This document shows positions 38,046 through 51,125 of a stretch of DNA of 64,000 nt, one piece after another; positions within the stretch are counted from its first letter, which is position 1, and each line of letters starts with the position of its first letter. The DNA comes from the human T2T-CHM13v2.0 reference genome, Homo sapiens. The notes beneath the pieces are model-generated. The model was not told the origin of the DNA and ran no database searches. It worked only from the letters and a program-made list of their open reading frames with translations. Both the position numbers and the translations under genes were made by a program. The stretch is taken from positions 40,800,001 through 40,864,000 of the forward strand of contig CP068257.2 of NCBI GenBank assembly GCA_009914755.4, written 5' to 3'.

Positions 38046-39763
38046 TTCCAAGCACAGCGGAGCTGCCCGTACAGGGCCTCGGACATAGGGATTTGAGACA
38101 CTCCCCTTGCAGGCCTTTTTTGGCTTCTCCTATTCTTGTTTCTGATCACGTAGAGGAGAGAAGAGGACTTTGCCAGTGGGAGAAGTAGGCTCCCCCGATT
38201 TAATGGGGCCCCAAAAGAAGGGCCACGAGCAAAGTGGAGTCTGTCCATGATGGTGATGCTGAGGAAGCTGGTCCAGCAGGGGATGGGGTCTCCCCAGTGG
38301 GGAGTCTCATGCCCCAGCCCACAGGTCACACCTGCTCCCACAGCCCACACATGTGGTGCCTCATGCTGCAGGCAGAGATCCCAGCACGGTGTAGTGACAG
38401 TCCATCGGTCTTTCATCTCTTCTAGCCCCCTGATCCAGTGCAGGTGTTATTTCATGATTGCAGTTTGGGGCTGTGGTGGTGGCTCTGTGAGTGCCTTTTA
38501 TAGTGTGAATGCAGAGACAGGGCAGGAAGGACCCATGCTGCACCCTCAGCCTCCCCTGTGAGCACCCAGGCAAGTGGAGGGCAGAACACAAAGGGAGCTC
38601 TTGTAGAAATAAAGATGGTGAACACCCCGGGCTGTGACAAAAACGGCCCACATTGTGTAGAATGCACAGGAGGCCAGACCCAATAAAAGTTTCCTTGCTG
38701 TTTTAGTCAATCAAACACGACCTCCTGAGAAAAAGACGCATCTGTCTGTCCCTTGTTTTATTTCACTAATGATGTAGTTTTTCTGTGTCCAAACATAAAG
38801 AAGTTTGAAGTTGACACAGCCACAGAGAGCAGAGCATGCACCCCACTCACAGGCCTGCTTCGAGTCCAGGCCATACCGAAATGACGTCTTCAGGGAGATT
38901 GTTCTAGACGCATCCCAGCAGATACCGACTAGAGAAGAGATGGATTCACTGGGATGTAGGTGGCTGGGCAGTACGTCCTGCAACAAATACACCCCACCGC
39001 TGGGCACCTGGGTGGTTGTTCTTTCTCCTCGGCAAGTGTGTGGTTGGGTCCAAGTCCCTCCTGGATACCACAGTGCCACGCTCGCTAATCATGATGATGA
39101 ATTAAAGTGCTGCAAGTCAAGGTATGGCATTGAAATCACAGTCACGTGTTCAGGTGGTCTGTAATGAATCTCTGGATTCACCTTCTCAGGGGTGAAGCTT
39201 CCAGGTCCTCCACCCTGGGCAAAGCCAGACACAGGTAATTCCCCTCTCATCCTGCTGGGCTGCTCACAGGTTTTGCAAGGAGAATGAGATGGGTTTGAAA
39301 CTCAGATCTCCAGATCTCCAGATCTAGTGTGCAAGAAATAGCATTTTCTCGATATTCTATGCTTCTGGTTCTGTCAGACCCTCATTCCACCCCCAAGGCA
39401 GAGGACCCCAGTTCAGTGGTTCTGTTCCTCCAGAAGGAACCATTCGCTGTATGGACTGAGCCTTGCGGACAGAGCTGGGCTGGAAAAGGGCAGAGACGGA
39501 AATGCCTGGTGGGATTATCATGATTGGGTGTAAACTGTCTACTCTATGAACCAATAGGAAATCCCAAAAAAAGAAAACAAAAGACACTCTTTTTTCCTTC
39601 CTCTCCCTGGGTGGGTCGCTTTGGTGTTTGTGAGCCAAGTCTGACCCCTGCTGACACCGTCTGGAAGTGGACGTCCTGTCACCAACGCCATCCCAACCCA
39701 TGCCCCACCCACATTCTCTTGTTGACTTCCTCACTGTGTGCTTGAAAAAAAAAACAAGCCTGG

Positions 39764-40344
<581 letters not shown>

Positions 40345-41227
40345 CTAAGAAGAAAGAGCTATCATAACCGTCCACCAAAGTACATCTTATTTTAGAACCA
40401 AATTTGAGACTTTTTTAAACGTGATTCATATTGGTGCATATTATGGGCTGAGTTGAATGCTCCCTCCCCCACCCAAATTCAACCAGCCAACAATTCTGCA
40501 AGGATCAGAAGTCGGAAGAAAGGAAAATGGCAGCATCGAATGCACAGCCACAAATCCCAAGAAGGCCCCAGGAGCCTGGGAGTGGCTGCGGAGGAATTTA
40601 GGGCTGGATGGCCCACAGGACATGGTGAGAACCACTACCATGGGCTGAATTGTGTCCCCCTGAAAAGCTATGTTGGAGACTGATATGGTTTGGTTCTGTG
40701 TCCCCACCCAAATCTCATGTTGAATTGTAATCCCCAGTGTTGGGGGAGGGACCCTAACCCTAACCCTATAAACATGGTATTTTTTATATCCTCATATCCT
40801 CATACCATATTTAAACCTATGGTAAGCACCTGCTCTTCCACAGGAACAGCAGATAACTGGAAATCTTAGAGGCCTTCCCAGAACTGGGGTTCATCAGAAC
40901 ATGGGTGGCTCCTGACCCATCACTCCCAGACCCAGAGCTTATGCACCATAGGGGAGAGGTGGTTCAGAAGGGATGTGCAGGACAACTAAAGTACAGTAAC
41001 ATCGAGGTCGCTTGACCTGAGGGCAGGACCTATGGTAAGTACCTGCTTTTATGTAGGTATATACAGTAAAGGGAGCAGTCATAGCAGTGGGGGAAGGAAG
41101 GTGATTAAATAAATGACACTGGGACAACTGGATCACATTTGGGGAAAAGAAGGTTGGAATCACTCCTCATTCCTCATACCAAAAAAAAACATCAAAGATT
41201 TAAATATTTAAAAAAAAAGAAATCATG

Positions 41228-41666
<439 letters not shown>

Positions 41667-42629
41667 TCAGGCGTCCTCTGCACAATTCATGTCAGTCGTG
41701 TCTGCCTTGTCCTGTTGTTGCGGTCTCTCATCGTCTTGTCTGTCACTCCTTCCCAGGGGTTGCAATAGTGACCGTGTGCCGGGCTTCCAGGCAGCCCCAA
41801 GTCCAGTGGGACCAGTGACCCCCCTGCAAAGCTTCTCTGCTCCTATAGGCCAGGATTTCCCAGCCTTGGCACTATTGACATTTGGGGCCAGATACATCTT
41901 TGTCAGAGGACGCCCTGTGCATTGTGGGATGTCCAGCAGCATCCCTGGCCCTCCCCTACTGAAGCAGCAGTACGTCCCTCACCCCAGCCCACCAGTTGTG
42001 ATAAACAAAGATGTCTCCACATGCTGCCAAATGTCCCTGGGGGAGCAGGATCATCCCCAGCTGAGAAGTACCGATGTATTCCCTTCACAGGTCTGCATGG
42101 AACCCTGGCCTCAGGGCTCCCACCAGGGCACTCAGGCATAGCGCGAATGGGCACAGGTGTGTTAGGAGTCTGGAGTCGCACATGTGCACTCCTGCTGAGC
42201 AGACAGACCTTTATGGAGACGAAGGTTGGAAAGGAATCGGTGCACATCTCGAGCTGAACACTTGTGTGATGCTGCTACGGAGGAAGTCCGAGCAGAACTG
42301 GAACTTTGCGGACACTGCCCCTGGACGTAGGTGTGGGCCTGGGCAGGGGGAGCCACGCGGAGGTGCGACCAAGTCCTGCACGGACCTCACTGCCTCCGTG
42401 TGATGTGGTGGCTGTGCTGTGAGGGCAGCTGAGCCCTGTGTCCAGCCTCGTAGTCCTCTTGGCTGGCCCCACACTCAAATTCTAGAACATTTAAGTGCAG
42501 TGCACCGTGGACACCACGAGGCTCCACACTGTTGGACTCCAGTCCTTTAGCCCAGCTGGGAGCAGCCCTGACACAATAATTCTTCAACAGAGGCTTCTCC
42601 TTAACCCTGTCTCATGCTTCTCCTCTCCC

Positions 42630-42975
42630 CTCATCCCCAAGGCCGACAGATGGTGGCTGCACACACATTCAGGAGATTGCAGGAAATAATTTCCAACAGC
42701 AAATGAGACATTAATTATTCAATGCAGATAAACATCAACAACAGCGCTTCATCCAAAGGAATTCCACTGGGATCCAGGGGCTCTGAGTTGGAGCCCAGTT
42801 CGGTCCTCTACTCATGGTGACCTCAGACACAGTCTCTGTGTCTCGGGCTCACTGCTGTAAAATCATGCGGCCTGTCGATGGGTCCATGTCACTTGCAGCA
42901 TCTTAGTCCTCATTCTGGAGGACACGTGCCCTCTTAGCAGTGAGCCCTGGAGGGGCTGACTCGCAGTGTCTGCTG
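42630..42975. repeat. Left arm of a large inverted repeat (partner 43745-44070)
   Basis: The reverse complement of 42630-42975 aligns with 43745-44070 at about 90-93% identity. For example, cagtgagccctggaggggctgactcgcag matches the reverse complement of ctgcgagtcagcccctccagggctcactg. The tool ORFs 42495..42689(+) and 44012..44203(-) share the C-terminal peptide LHTHSGDCRK as a by-product. Confidence 0.9.
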
Positions 42976-43744
42976 TGTTTTCCAGTTTCCATGATGTAAA
43001 TGCACCAGGGCTGATTCTGGGCTGCCAGTGTTTTGACAATTGATTTGCAGACTGCGTGAAAATTTAAAACTCAGCTCTCTTGAGCTGATATGAGCCACCC
43101 CAGCCCACCCCTGCAGCAGGCACGAACGTTAGTTTGCAGGGAGAGGCCAGCTGAGCTGCTGCACAGACCTGCTGGGATCATCACAGCTGTGCGCTTCAGG
43201 CCAGTGCCTCTTCCTGTAAAAGGAAACAACATTCTCTCTACAGAGGATGGAAGGACAGAAGGGCTGAGGCCCATGTGCAGGCGGGGTCAGGAGAGAGAGG
43301 AGGCCAAGTCCCTGGGTCTAGGAAAGACGGGTGGGTGGAGCCAGGCCAGGGGCACTAAGTGGAACGCTGTCTGCTCCCTGCGGAGCACTGGACAGACTTT
43401 TGGTTCCAGGGATTCATCCCGAGCTGTGTCTCTTCCGGGATCCTTGGCCAGCAGCGACTCTGGCACCTGGAGCACACCTGAAGAGAGCCCCCAAGCTCTC
43501 GCCTCTCTCCAGCCCTGCTATCCAACCAGATGTTCCCACTCCTGCTCCTCCCTGCCTCATCGCCTCAGCCGCCCGGGGTGAGCCACCTACTCTCCCAAGG
43601 CAAGACACAGCCGGCATGCTTCACACACTCACCTTGAAGTTCAGGGTTGGAAGGTCAGTCCATCCAGCTGAAGTTCACTGCTAGAGATGTAATTGAATCA
43701 GCCCTGGCAGGAGCATTTGGACCACAGGAATAGGTAAACACGGC

Positions 43745-44070
43745 TGCGAGTCAGCCCCTCCAGGGCTCACTGCTAAGAGGGCACATCGTGTCCTCCAGAA
43801 TGAGGACTAAGATGCTGCAAGTGACGTGGACCCATCGACAGGCCACATGATTTTACAACGGTGGGCCCGAGGCACAGAGACTCTGTCCGAGGTCACCATG
43901 AGTAGAGGACGGAACTGAGCTTTAACTCAGATCCCAGTGGAATTCCTTCGGATGAAGCGCTGTTGTTGTTTATCAGCATTGAATAACTAATGTCTCATTT
44001 GCTGTTGGAAATTATTTCCTGCAATCTCCTGAATGTGTGTGCAGCCGCTGTCTGCCGGCGCGTGGGGGGT
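43745..44070. repeat. Right arm of the large inverted repeat (spacer about 770 bp)
   Basis: See the left-arm entry. Confidence 0.9.
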
Positions 44071-46871
44071 TCTTCATGAAAAGTGAGAGGGGTCCAGCTG
44101 TGTGAAAGGCCTTTGCAAATTGCCACAGCAAACTCCCAGAATTATGATGTACTTCTTCCTGTGTGGTTCCAAGTAAATGCCACTTCCGGCTGTCCAGTAC
44201 CATTTTTTCCTAGGACTTAAGGCCACAAAAATGGATTAAGAAACACACATGTATACATGCAATCTTCCTGGTGAAGTCTTCAAACAAAGTTCTCCAAGAA
44301 GTCATTAAAAAATTAATCATCTGGAAATGTCATGTTTCTCCTTCTCTCTCCAAAATGTATTTCTTTCAACCATTAACTCATTCTCTTTCATTGTGTCCCA
44401 TAGTGAGACAAAACTGTGTTAGGACAATAAACCAAGCAATTTTCCAAAGAAGCTATAGCACGAAAGCAACGTAAATCCCGAAGGAGAAACGCCTGCGAAT
44501 GAGCTCACCGAAGGCACACTCTCCTCCCAGGAGCCTCCCTGGAGAGGCAGCCCGTTTATTTGAGTTAGTGATTTTGGAAGACACACTGCACTTTCTTTGC
44601 CTCCAGCTTTCCTTGAGCCATTTTGTTCTCCTTGCGAGGTACTGATAGCACTTATTATCTAGAAAATATAACCAGACTTTGAGGAGAGGCAAGGGGCCCT
44701 ATAAATTATTTATTTTTTTGCTTCTCAAACTCTGGACCGAGGACCAGGATTACAGGCATTACCTGGAAGCTTGTTACAAATGCAGGGCCTCAGGCACCCC
44801 CGTCTCCGTGTCAGCAGCTGTGTCTTAGCAGGATCCCCAGGGCATTGCCTCACAGTCAGGGTGGTGCAAAAGTCCCGCCTGGCGTCCTGGTGAGTGGACC
44901 AGGAGGGGGCAGGTGAAGGCAATATTATTGGTCCTTCGACTCCAGACAAGAACTTGCAGCTTACCCTGAGGAAAGAAATTAGCCCATATGATGAAACACA
45001 ATCTGATGACGTAAGGATTTTTGTACTTATGCCCACATGTTTAGACATGGCAGCCCGCATCCTCTTAAACCTGAACTTTAACATACCGTGACTTAGAGCC
45101 ACAAACAACAAAACAGAGGGCAGGAACCAGAGTTCTCCAGAGAAACAGCCAGTGGGAAACAGGACCCACATCCATACGGATACAAACATACAGATACAGG
45201 CTGGGAGAGGGAAGGAGAGAGGGGCATTGGCTCACACTCTTACAGAAGCTGAGAAGCCCCACGATCTGTGGGAGCTGTTGGCCTCCCGTCTGGAGGCCAG
45301 TAGGCTCGAGACCCAGAGAGAATCGATGTTTTCATTCAAGTCCAATGGCAGGAAAAAGCCAATGCCTCAGTTCAAAGGCCGTCAGACATGAGGAGTTTCC
45401 TCTTAGCCTTTTGTTCCATTCAGACCTTCAACTGATTGGATGAGGCCCACCCACCCTGGGGAGGGCCGTTTGCTTGACAGTCTCCTGATTCGAATGTTCG
45501 TCTCATTCAGAAACCTCCTCACACACCCCCAGAGTGACACTGGGTCAAAACGTCTTTGCACCCTGCAGTCCAGTCAAATTCACATGTGCAATTGAGCTTC
45601 ACATTGGGCATTTCTGCCCTGGTAATGTCCTCCCATTACCAAAAACCTGGTATTTGTCCTTCTTTTCAGTGGGTTTCACAGCCCAGCAGCAGCTGGCCCT
45701 CTTGTAGAGCAGCAGTTCCCAGCCTTTTGGCACCAGGGACAAGTGTCGTGGAAGAAAATTTTTCCACAAACCAGGGTGGGGTGGGGGTGGGGAATGGTTT
45801 TGAGATGATTCAAGTGCAATTACATTTATTGTGCACACTTTATTTCTATTATCACGTTGTAATATATAATAAAATAATTATACAACTCACCATAATGTAG
45901 AATCAGTGGGAGCCCTGAGCTTGTTTTCCTGCAACTAGACAGTCCCATCTGGGGGTGATGGGAGACAGTGACAGATAATCAAGCATTAGATTCTCATAAG
46001 GAGCTCACAACCCAGATCCCTCACATGCACAGTTCACAGTAGCGTTCACAGTCCTATGAGACTAATGCCACCACTCATCTGACAGGAAGCGGAGCTCAGG
46101 CAGTAATGAGAGCAATGGGGAGTGGCTGTAGATACAGACGAAGCTTCACTTACTCATCCACCCACTGCTCATCTCCTGTTGTGCAGCCTGGTTCCCAACA
46201 GGGGTTGGAGGCCTCTGTTACAGAGGACCCTCTCCTGACCGCCAATGAGACCCATGAGCTCACCGTCTTGTCTGCCCTTCCACAGCCCACGCTCCCTCCT
46301 CAGCCCACGCCCCCTCCTCAGCCCACACTCCCTCCTCAGGCTCAGCACTGGGAAGAGGTCGTCCTTCCTCACCTCAGCCCTCAAGTGTGGAGTCCGGCGC
46401 CTCAGTCATCCACTCAACAGACATTTATGAGGGAATGCTTGGGTGCCATTAACACTGCTGGGAAAGCAGCAGTGGATCAGATACAAGCTCACTCTCAAAG
46501 AGCTTATATTTCAGTGGAAGGTGGTGAGCAATGGACTAATAAGCCAGTGAACACGTAACACCTCCTCTGCCAATACGTGAGGTGAAGAGAAGACAGCAGA
46601 GAGGGGGACAGAGGCGGAATACAAATGTTATGTTAGCAGTGAACAATCAGTAAGTAAAATAAAAACATCACTTATAGTAGCATAAAGAAACCAGAAGCAA
46701 AAGAGGATGTACTGCATGATTCAATTTATATACAACTATTTAGAGACAAATCCAATCTGTGGTGACAGAAAGCAGCACATCAGACGCTTAATGCTGGGAG
46801 TAGGGGAATGGATTGCAAATGGGCACGAAGATATTTTCAGGCTGACGGGAATCTGTGTGCTGATTGTAGGG

Positions 46872-47240
46872 TGGTATATTAGTCTGTTCTCACGCTGCTA
46901 ATAAAGACATACCTGAGACTGGACAATTTATAAAGGAAAGAGGTTTAATGGACTCACAGTTCCACATGGCTGGGGAGGCCTTATAATTATGGCAGAAGAC
47001 GAAAGGCACATCATACATGGCAGCAGGCAAGACAGAGAATGAGAGCCAAGCGAAAGCAGAAGCCCCTTATAAAAATCATCAGATCTTGCAAGCCTCATTC
47101 ACTACCACGAGAACAGTATGGGGAAAACTGCCCCCACAATTCACTTATCTCCCACCAGGTCCCTCCCCAACATGTGGGAATTATGGGAGCTACAATTCAA
47201 GATGAGATTTGGGTGGGGACACAGCCAAACCATATTAGGT
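46872..47240 (-). mobile_element. MaLR THE1/MST-like solitary LTR (antisense)
   Basis: The reverse complement matches the characteristic tgatatggtttggctgtgtccccacccaaatctcatcttgaattgtagctcccataattcccacatgttg...aattacccagtctcaggtat...gaacagactaatac consensus. Confidence 0.7.
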
Positions 47241-47759
47241 GGTCACATGGTTGCCTACATTTGTCCAAACTCATTGAACTGTTCACTTAAAATGGATGTT
47301 TTACTGTCTACAAAATATACTTCAAGAAAGCTGATATAACATGTTTTTAATTTTTTAATTAGATTGGGATATTAGGCTACTGGTACCAATGCCCAAGGGC
47401 TTCCCGTGGGCCCCACGGAGGGCCAGCTCTTGTCACACCCACCGGGTGAGGCACAGAGAGGCCAGTGTTCCCTGAACCCATAGCCAATGGCAACTGATAG
47501 AGCACTTTACATATATCTTTATGATGGTTAGGGTATTTGGATGATTCTGTTAATTTCTGAGTTGTCTACATTTTGGGGCGTTGGTTGAAAGCGACACTCT
47601 TACCATGTTCGCACAACACAGGAGCCAGATTTCGAAGTGGCACAGGCAGTCTAGGGTTGTAATTACATGAGCTCAGGTTGGTTCCTCCGTCCCTTAGCCA
47701 CCAACCCCCTTCCAGTCCCTCTTCCACATACCTCTCTTCATTCTGCGCTGTATTATTAT

Positions 47760-48057
<298 letters not shown>

Positions 48058-50759
48058 GCTGTATTATTATTGACTCACATACATATCTTGCCATGACGTT
48101 GCAGGGATGCAACATGAGTTTACTACTCCATGCTCCTTCCACATAGCCACCCCCACTCCTGCCCAAGCCTGACTCCATACGCAGTGTTTGATCATAGTCC
48201 CCATTCCATAAACTGTGGTCATATTAAAAGTGAATAAAATAATCCCCAGAGTTTAGTTGTGTATCATTCTATTTCAATAGTTGTTTTTATTGTGGTGGTA
48301 AAACTAATATAACCTAGTTATAACACTCTTTATGATATTAATATAGCCTCTAATCTGTCAAAGTTTCTAATTTTGTGGGCACTCCTTTTTATTGTATTTG
48401 CAAAAAGCAGTAAAATCCGGGAATGCAGTGTACTCTTGTTCCCGGACCAGGCTGAGTGTCAGGCAGCTATTTCTTGTGGCCCAATAATGAGATGCAGATG
48501 AACTGGGGAGGAGGAGAGTTTTTATTTCTGAAACCAGTTACAGGGAGAAGGCCTGGAAATTATCACTAGACCAACTCAAAATTACAAAGTTTTCCAGAGC
48601 TTGTATACCTTCTAAGCTCTATGTCTACATGTAAGTGTGCATTCATCTGAAGACTTAAGTGATTAACTTATTTTAATCTGTAACTAATGTCTGAGTCCTG
48701 AAGACCTTCCTCTGCAGCCTCAGTAAATTTACTTATCTAAATGAGTCCAGGTGCTGGGGTGATTACCCTTATCTTGACTTCTGCTAAATCTTGGAGGTCT
48801 GGGGAGTTCCTTCAGACTTCCAATAAACTTGTTTGTGGAAGCCTGGGGAGTTTTTTAACCCCAGTAAAACTTGTTTAATCCTAAATGGGTCCTGTTAAGA
48901 ATTCTTTCATTATTTTGTCATGCGTTAAGGCCCAGGAAAGGCCTGGGCAAAACCCTTGGTGGGCTTTTGTTACATTTCAGCCTTTGTATAGGGGCACTGG
49001 CTTTTCTTAGCTTTTAATATTTAACTTAACTACTCGGTCAGTACTGAAGCAGTTGTTATGGAGGCCTGTGTTAGTGAAAACTGGCCTTCCACACTCTGTT
49101 TTACATACTCTTACAAATCCAAGTTCTAGAAAATTGTTTTCAAATAAATTTATCTTATGCAGCAGCTGTGTTCTGGATTGCAAGTGGATAAAATGAAACT
49201 GAGTGGATTTAACCATGCAGCACCAATAACTACCAGGTAGGGGCTTCCCACGTGGAGGTGTCAAACGAAGTTCGTTCCCTGCACTCCCTCATGCAATCCT
49301 CAAGGCAACATGTGAGATTTGCAATGAAGAAATTATACAACACGCAGAGATCACAGAGCTAGCTAACTGTGACGCTGATGTAACCTGGAAGTTACCAGTC
49401 TTTGAACTGGACGACTGTTACACTGAGCCGTGAAAGCTGATGGTTCTCAAAATGTGGCCCCTGGACTAGCAGCACCTGTCCCCACTGGAAACTTGCTGCA
49501 AATGCACATGCTCAGGCGTGGATCCGAAATTTGGGATGGGGCCCAGCCATCTGTGATTGGACAGGTTCTCCAGGTGATTCTGATGCAGCTCAACCTGAGA
49601 ATCATTTCTCTTGGGGAAGTGGCTTTGTGGAGGAATGCCACTACAGATCCAATACAAAGAATGGCCCTGGGAGGTTGGCAGTCAGGTGTTCAGGTCAGGT
49701 TTCCTCAAAGGCAAGACTCCTATATGACAGGAAGATGATCCTGCGACTTCATAACTACAGATGTGTGTGTGTATATGTATCTATGTGTGTGTGTCTATGC
49801 CATTTGTATACACGTGTTTTTTTTTTTTCTTCCTACAATGTGATGAAGAATCAAATTGCAGGCTCTTCATCCACAGAAATTCCCCCTTGTGATCTGAGGC
49901 TCTGCCGAGCAGTGGCCCCTCCCCAAAGCAGCCCCAGTTCTCCACTTCCCTCCTGGCCCCCACCCTTGATCATGGCTCCTGAGCATTTTGGGTTTTGTCC
50001 AGGGGCTCACTAAGAGCTCTGAGTAGGAAGTTCTCGCTACAAAGATTCAGCTGTGGGCGAAAACCGTATCATTTCCCCAGGTGACGTGGGGTGTGAGGGC
50101 AGGGCTGGAGTGCCCCGGGTTCACTGGGGAGCTGCAGAGACTATCACTTGCCTTCCAGGAACCCTTACCGTGTGCCAGCTTCCACAGGACTGTGGTGGAA
50201 ATGTGGTCAAGGTCTTAGGAGCAGGCCACACAGGGATGGTTCATGCACTGAGGGAGGGGTGTGGAGCCTCTGATTCTGATGGGACTCCCAGGGGTGCTCA
50301 CAATGGCAAATGGGCTGCTGTTACCTCCTAGCACTGGACTCTGGGTCACCCGCAAGTGTAGGTCACTTCCTTGCTGGTCAGTAATGGGGCACAAGTCACC
50401 ACAGCAGGCGCCGCTCCTGAAACTCTCTTCAGGGATAGCACGGGCGGAAGTGCAGGCAGCAGGCAGAGCATGGAGGTCCGTGTGGTGCTCAGTCACTATG
50501 GCAACTAGAGATCACAGAGCCACAGTCACCATCCCCCTAGGGCACCTGCCCAGGGAAAAGGAGAAATGTAAAACCACAAGCATACAATTAAGAACAGGTG
50601 CAGAGACCCAGCGGCTTCCAGGGCAGCTTTGAAGGGATCCCTCATCTCTCTGGTCCCAGGACATCTGTGCCAAGGGCCAAGCATGGGCCTGATTATAAGG
50701 AGCAGCACTGAGGTTCCGATTAAATGCTCAACCCTGCCTGATCTCTTACCAGGAAAGGG

Positions 50760-51125
50760 TGTGATATGTCCCCACCCAAATCTCATGTTCAATTGTAATC
50801 CCAAGTATTGGAGGTGGGGCCTGGTGGGAGGTGACTGGATCATGGGGGTGGATTTCCACCTTGCTCTTCTCGTGATAGAATTCTCACGAGATCTGGTTTC
50901 AAAGTGTGTGGCACCTCCTCCTTCTCTCTCTTCCTCCTGCCCTGATCTTGTAAGAGGTGCCTGCTTCCCTGTCGCCTTGCGCCATGATTGTAAGTTTCCT
51001 GAGGCCTTCCCAGCCATGCTTCCTATACAGCCTGCAGATCCCTGAGTCAATTAAACCTCTTTTCTTTATAAATTACCCAGTCTCAGGTAGTTCTTTACAG
51101 CAGTACAAGAACAGACTAATACAAG
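50760..51125 (+). mobile_element. MaLR THE1/MST-like solitary LTR (sense)
   Basis: tgatatgtccccacccaaatctcatgttcaattgtaatcccaagtattggaggtggggcc...ccatgattgtaagtttcctgaggcc...caattaaacctcttttctttataaattacccagtctcaggtagttctttacagcagtacaagaacagactaataca. Confidence 0.75.

Noticed and set aside
40740-40775. Telomere-like hexamers (ccctaaccctaaccctat)
   Set aside because: There are only about 2.5 units, embedded at the edge of an LTR fragment. This is far too short to be an interstitial telomeric array.
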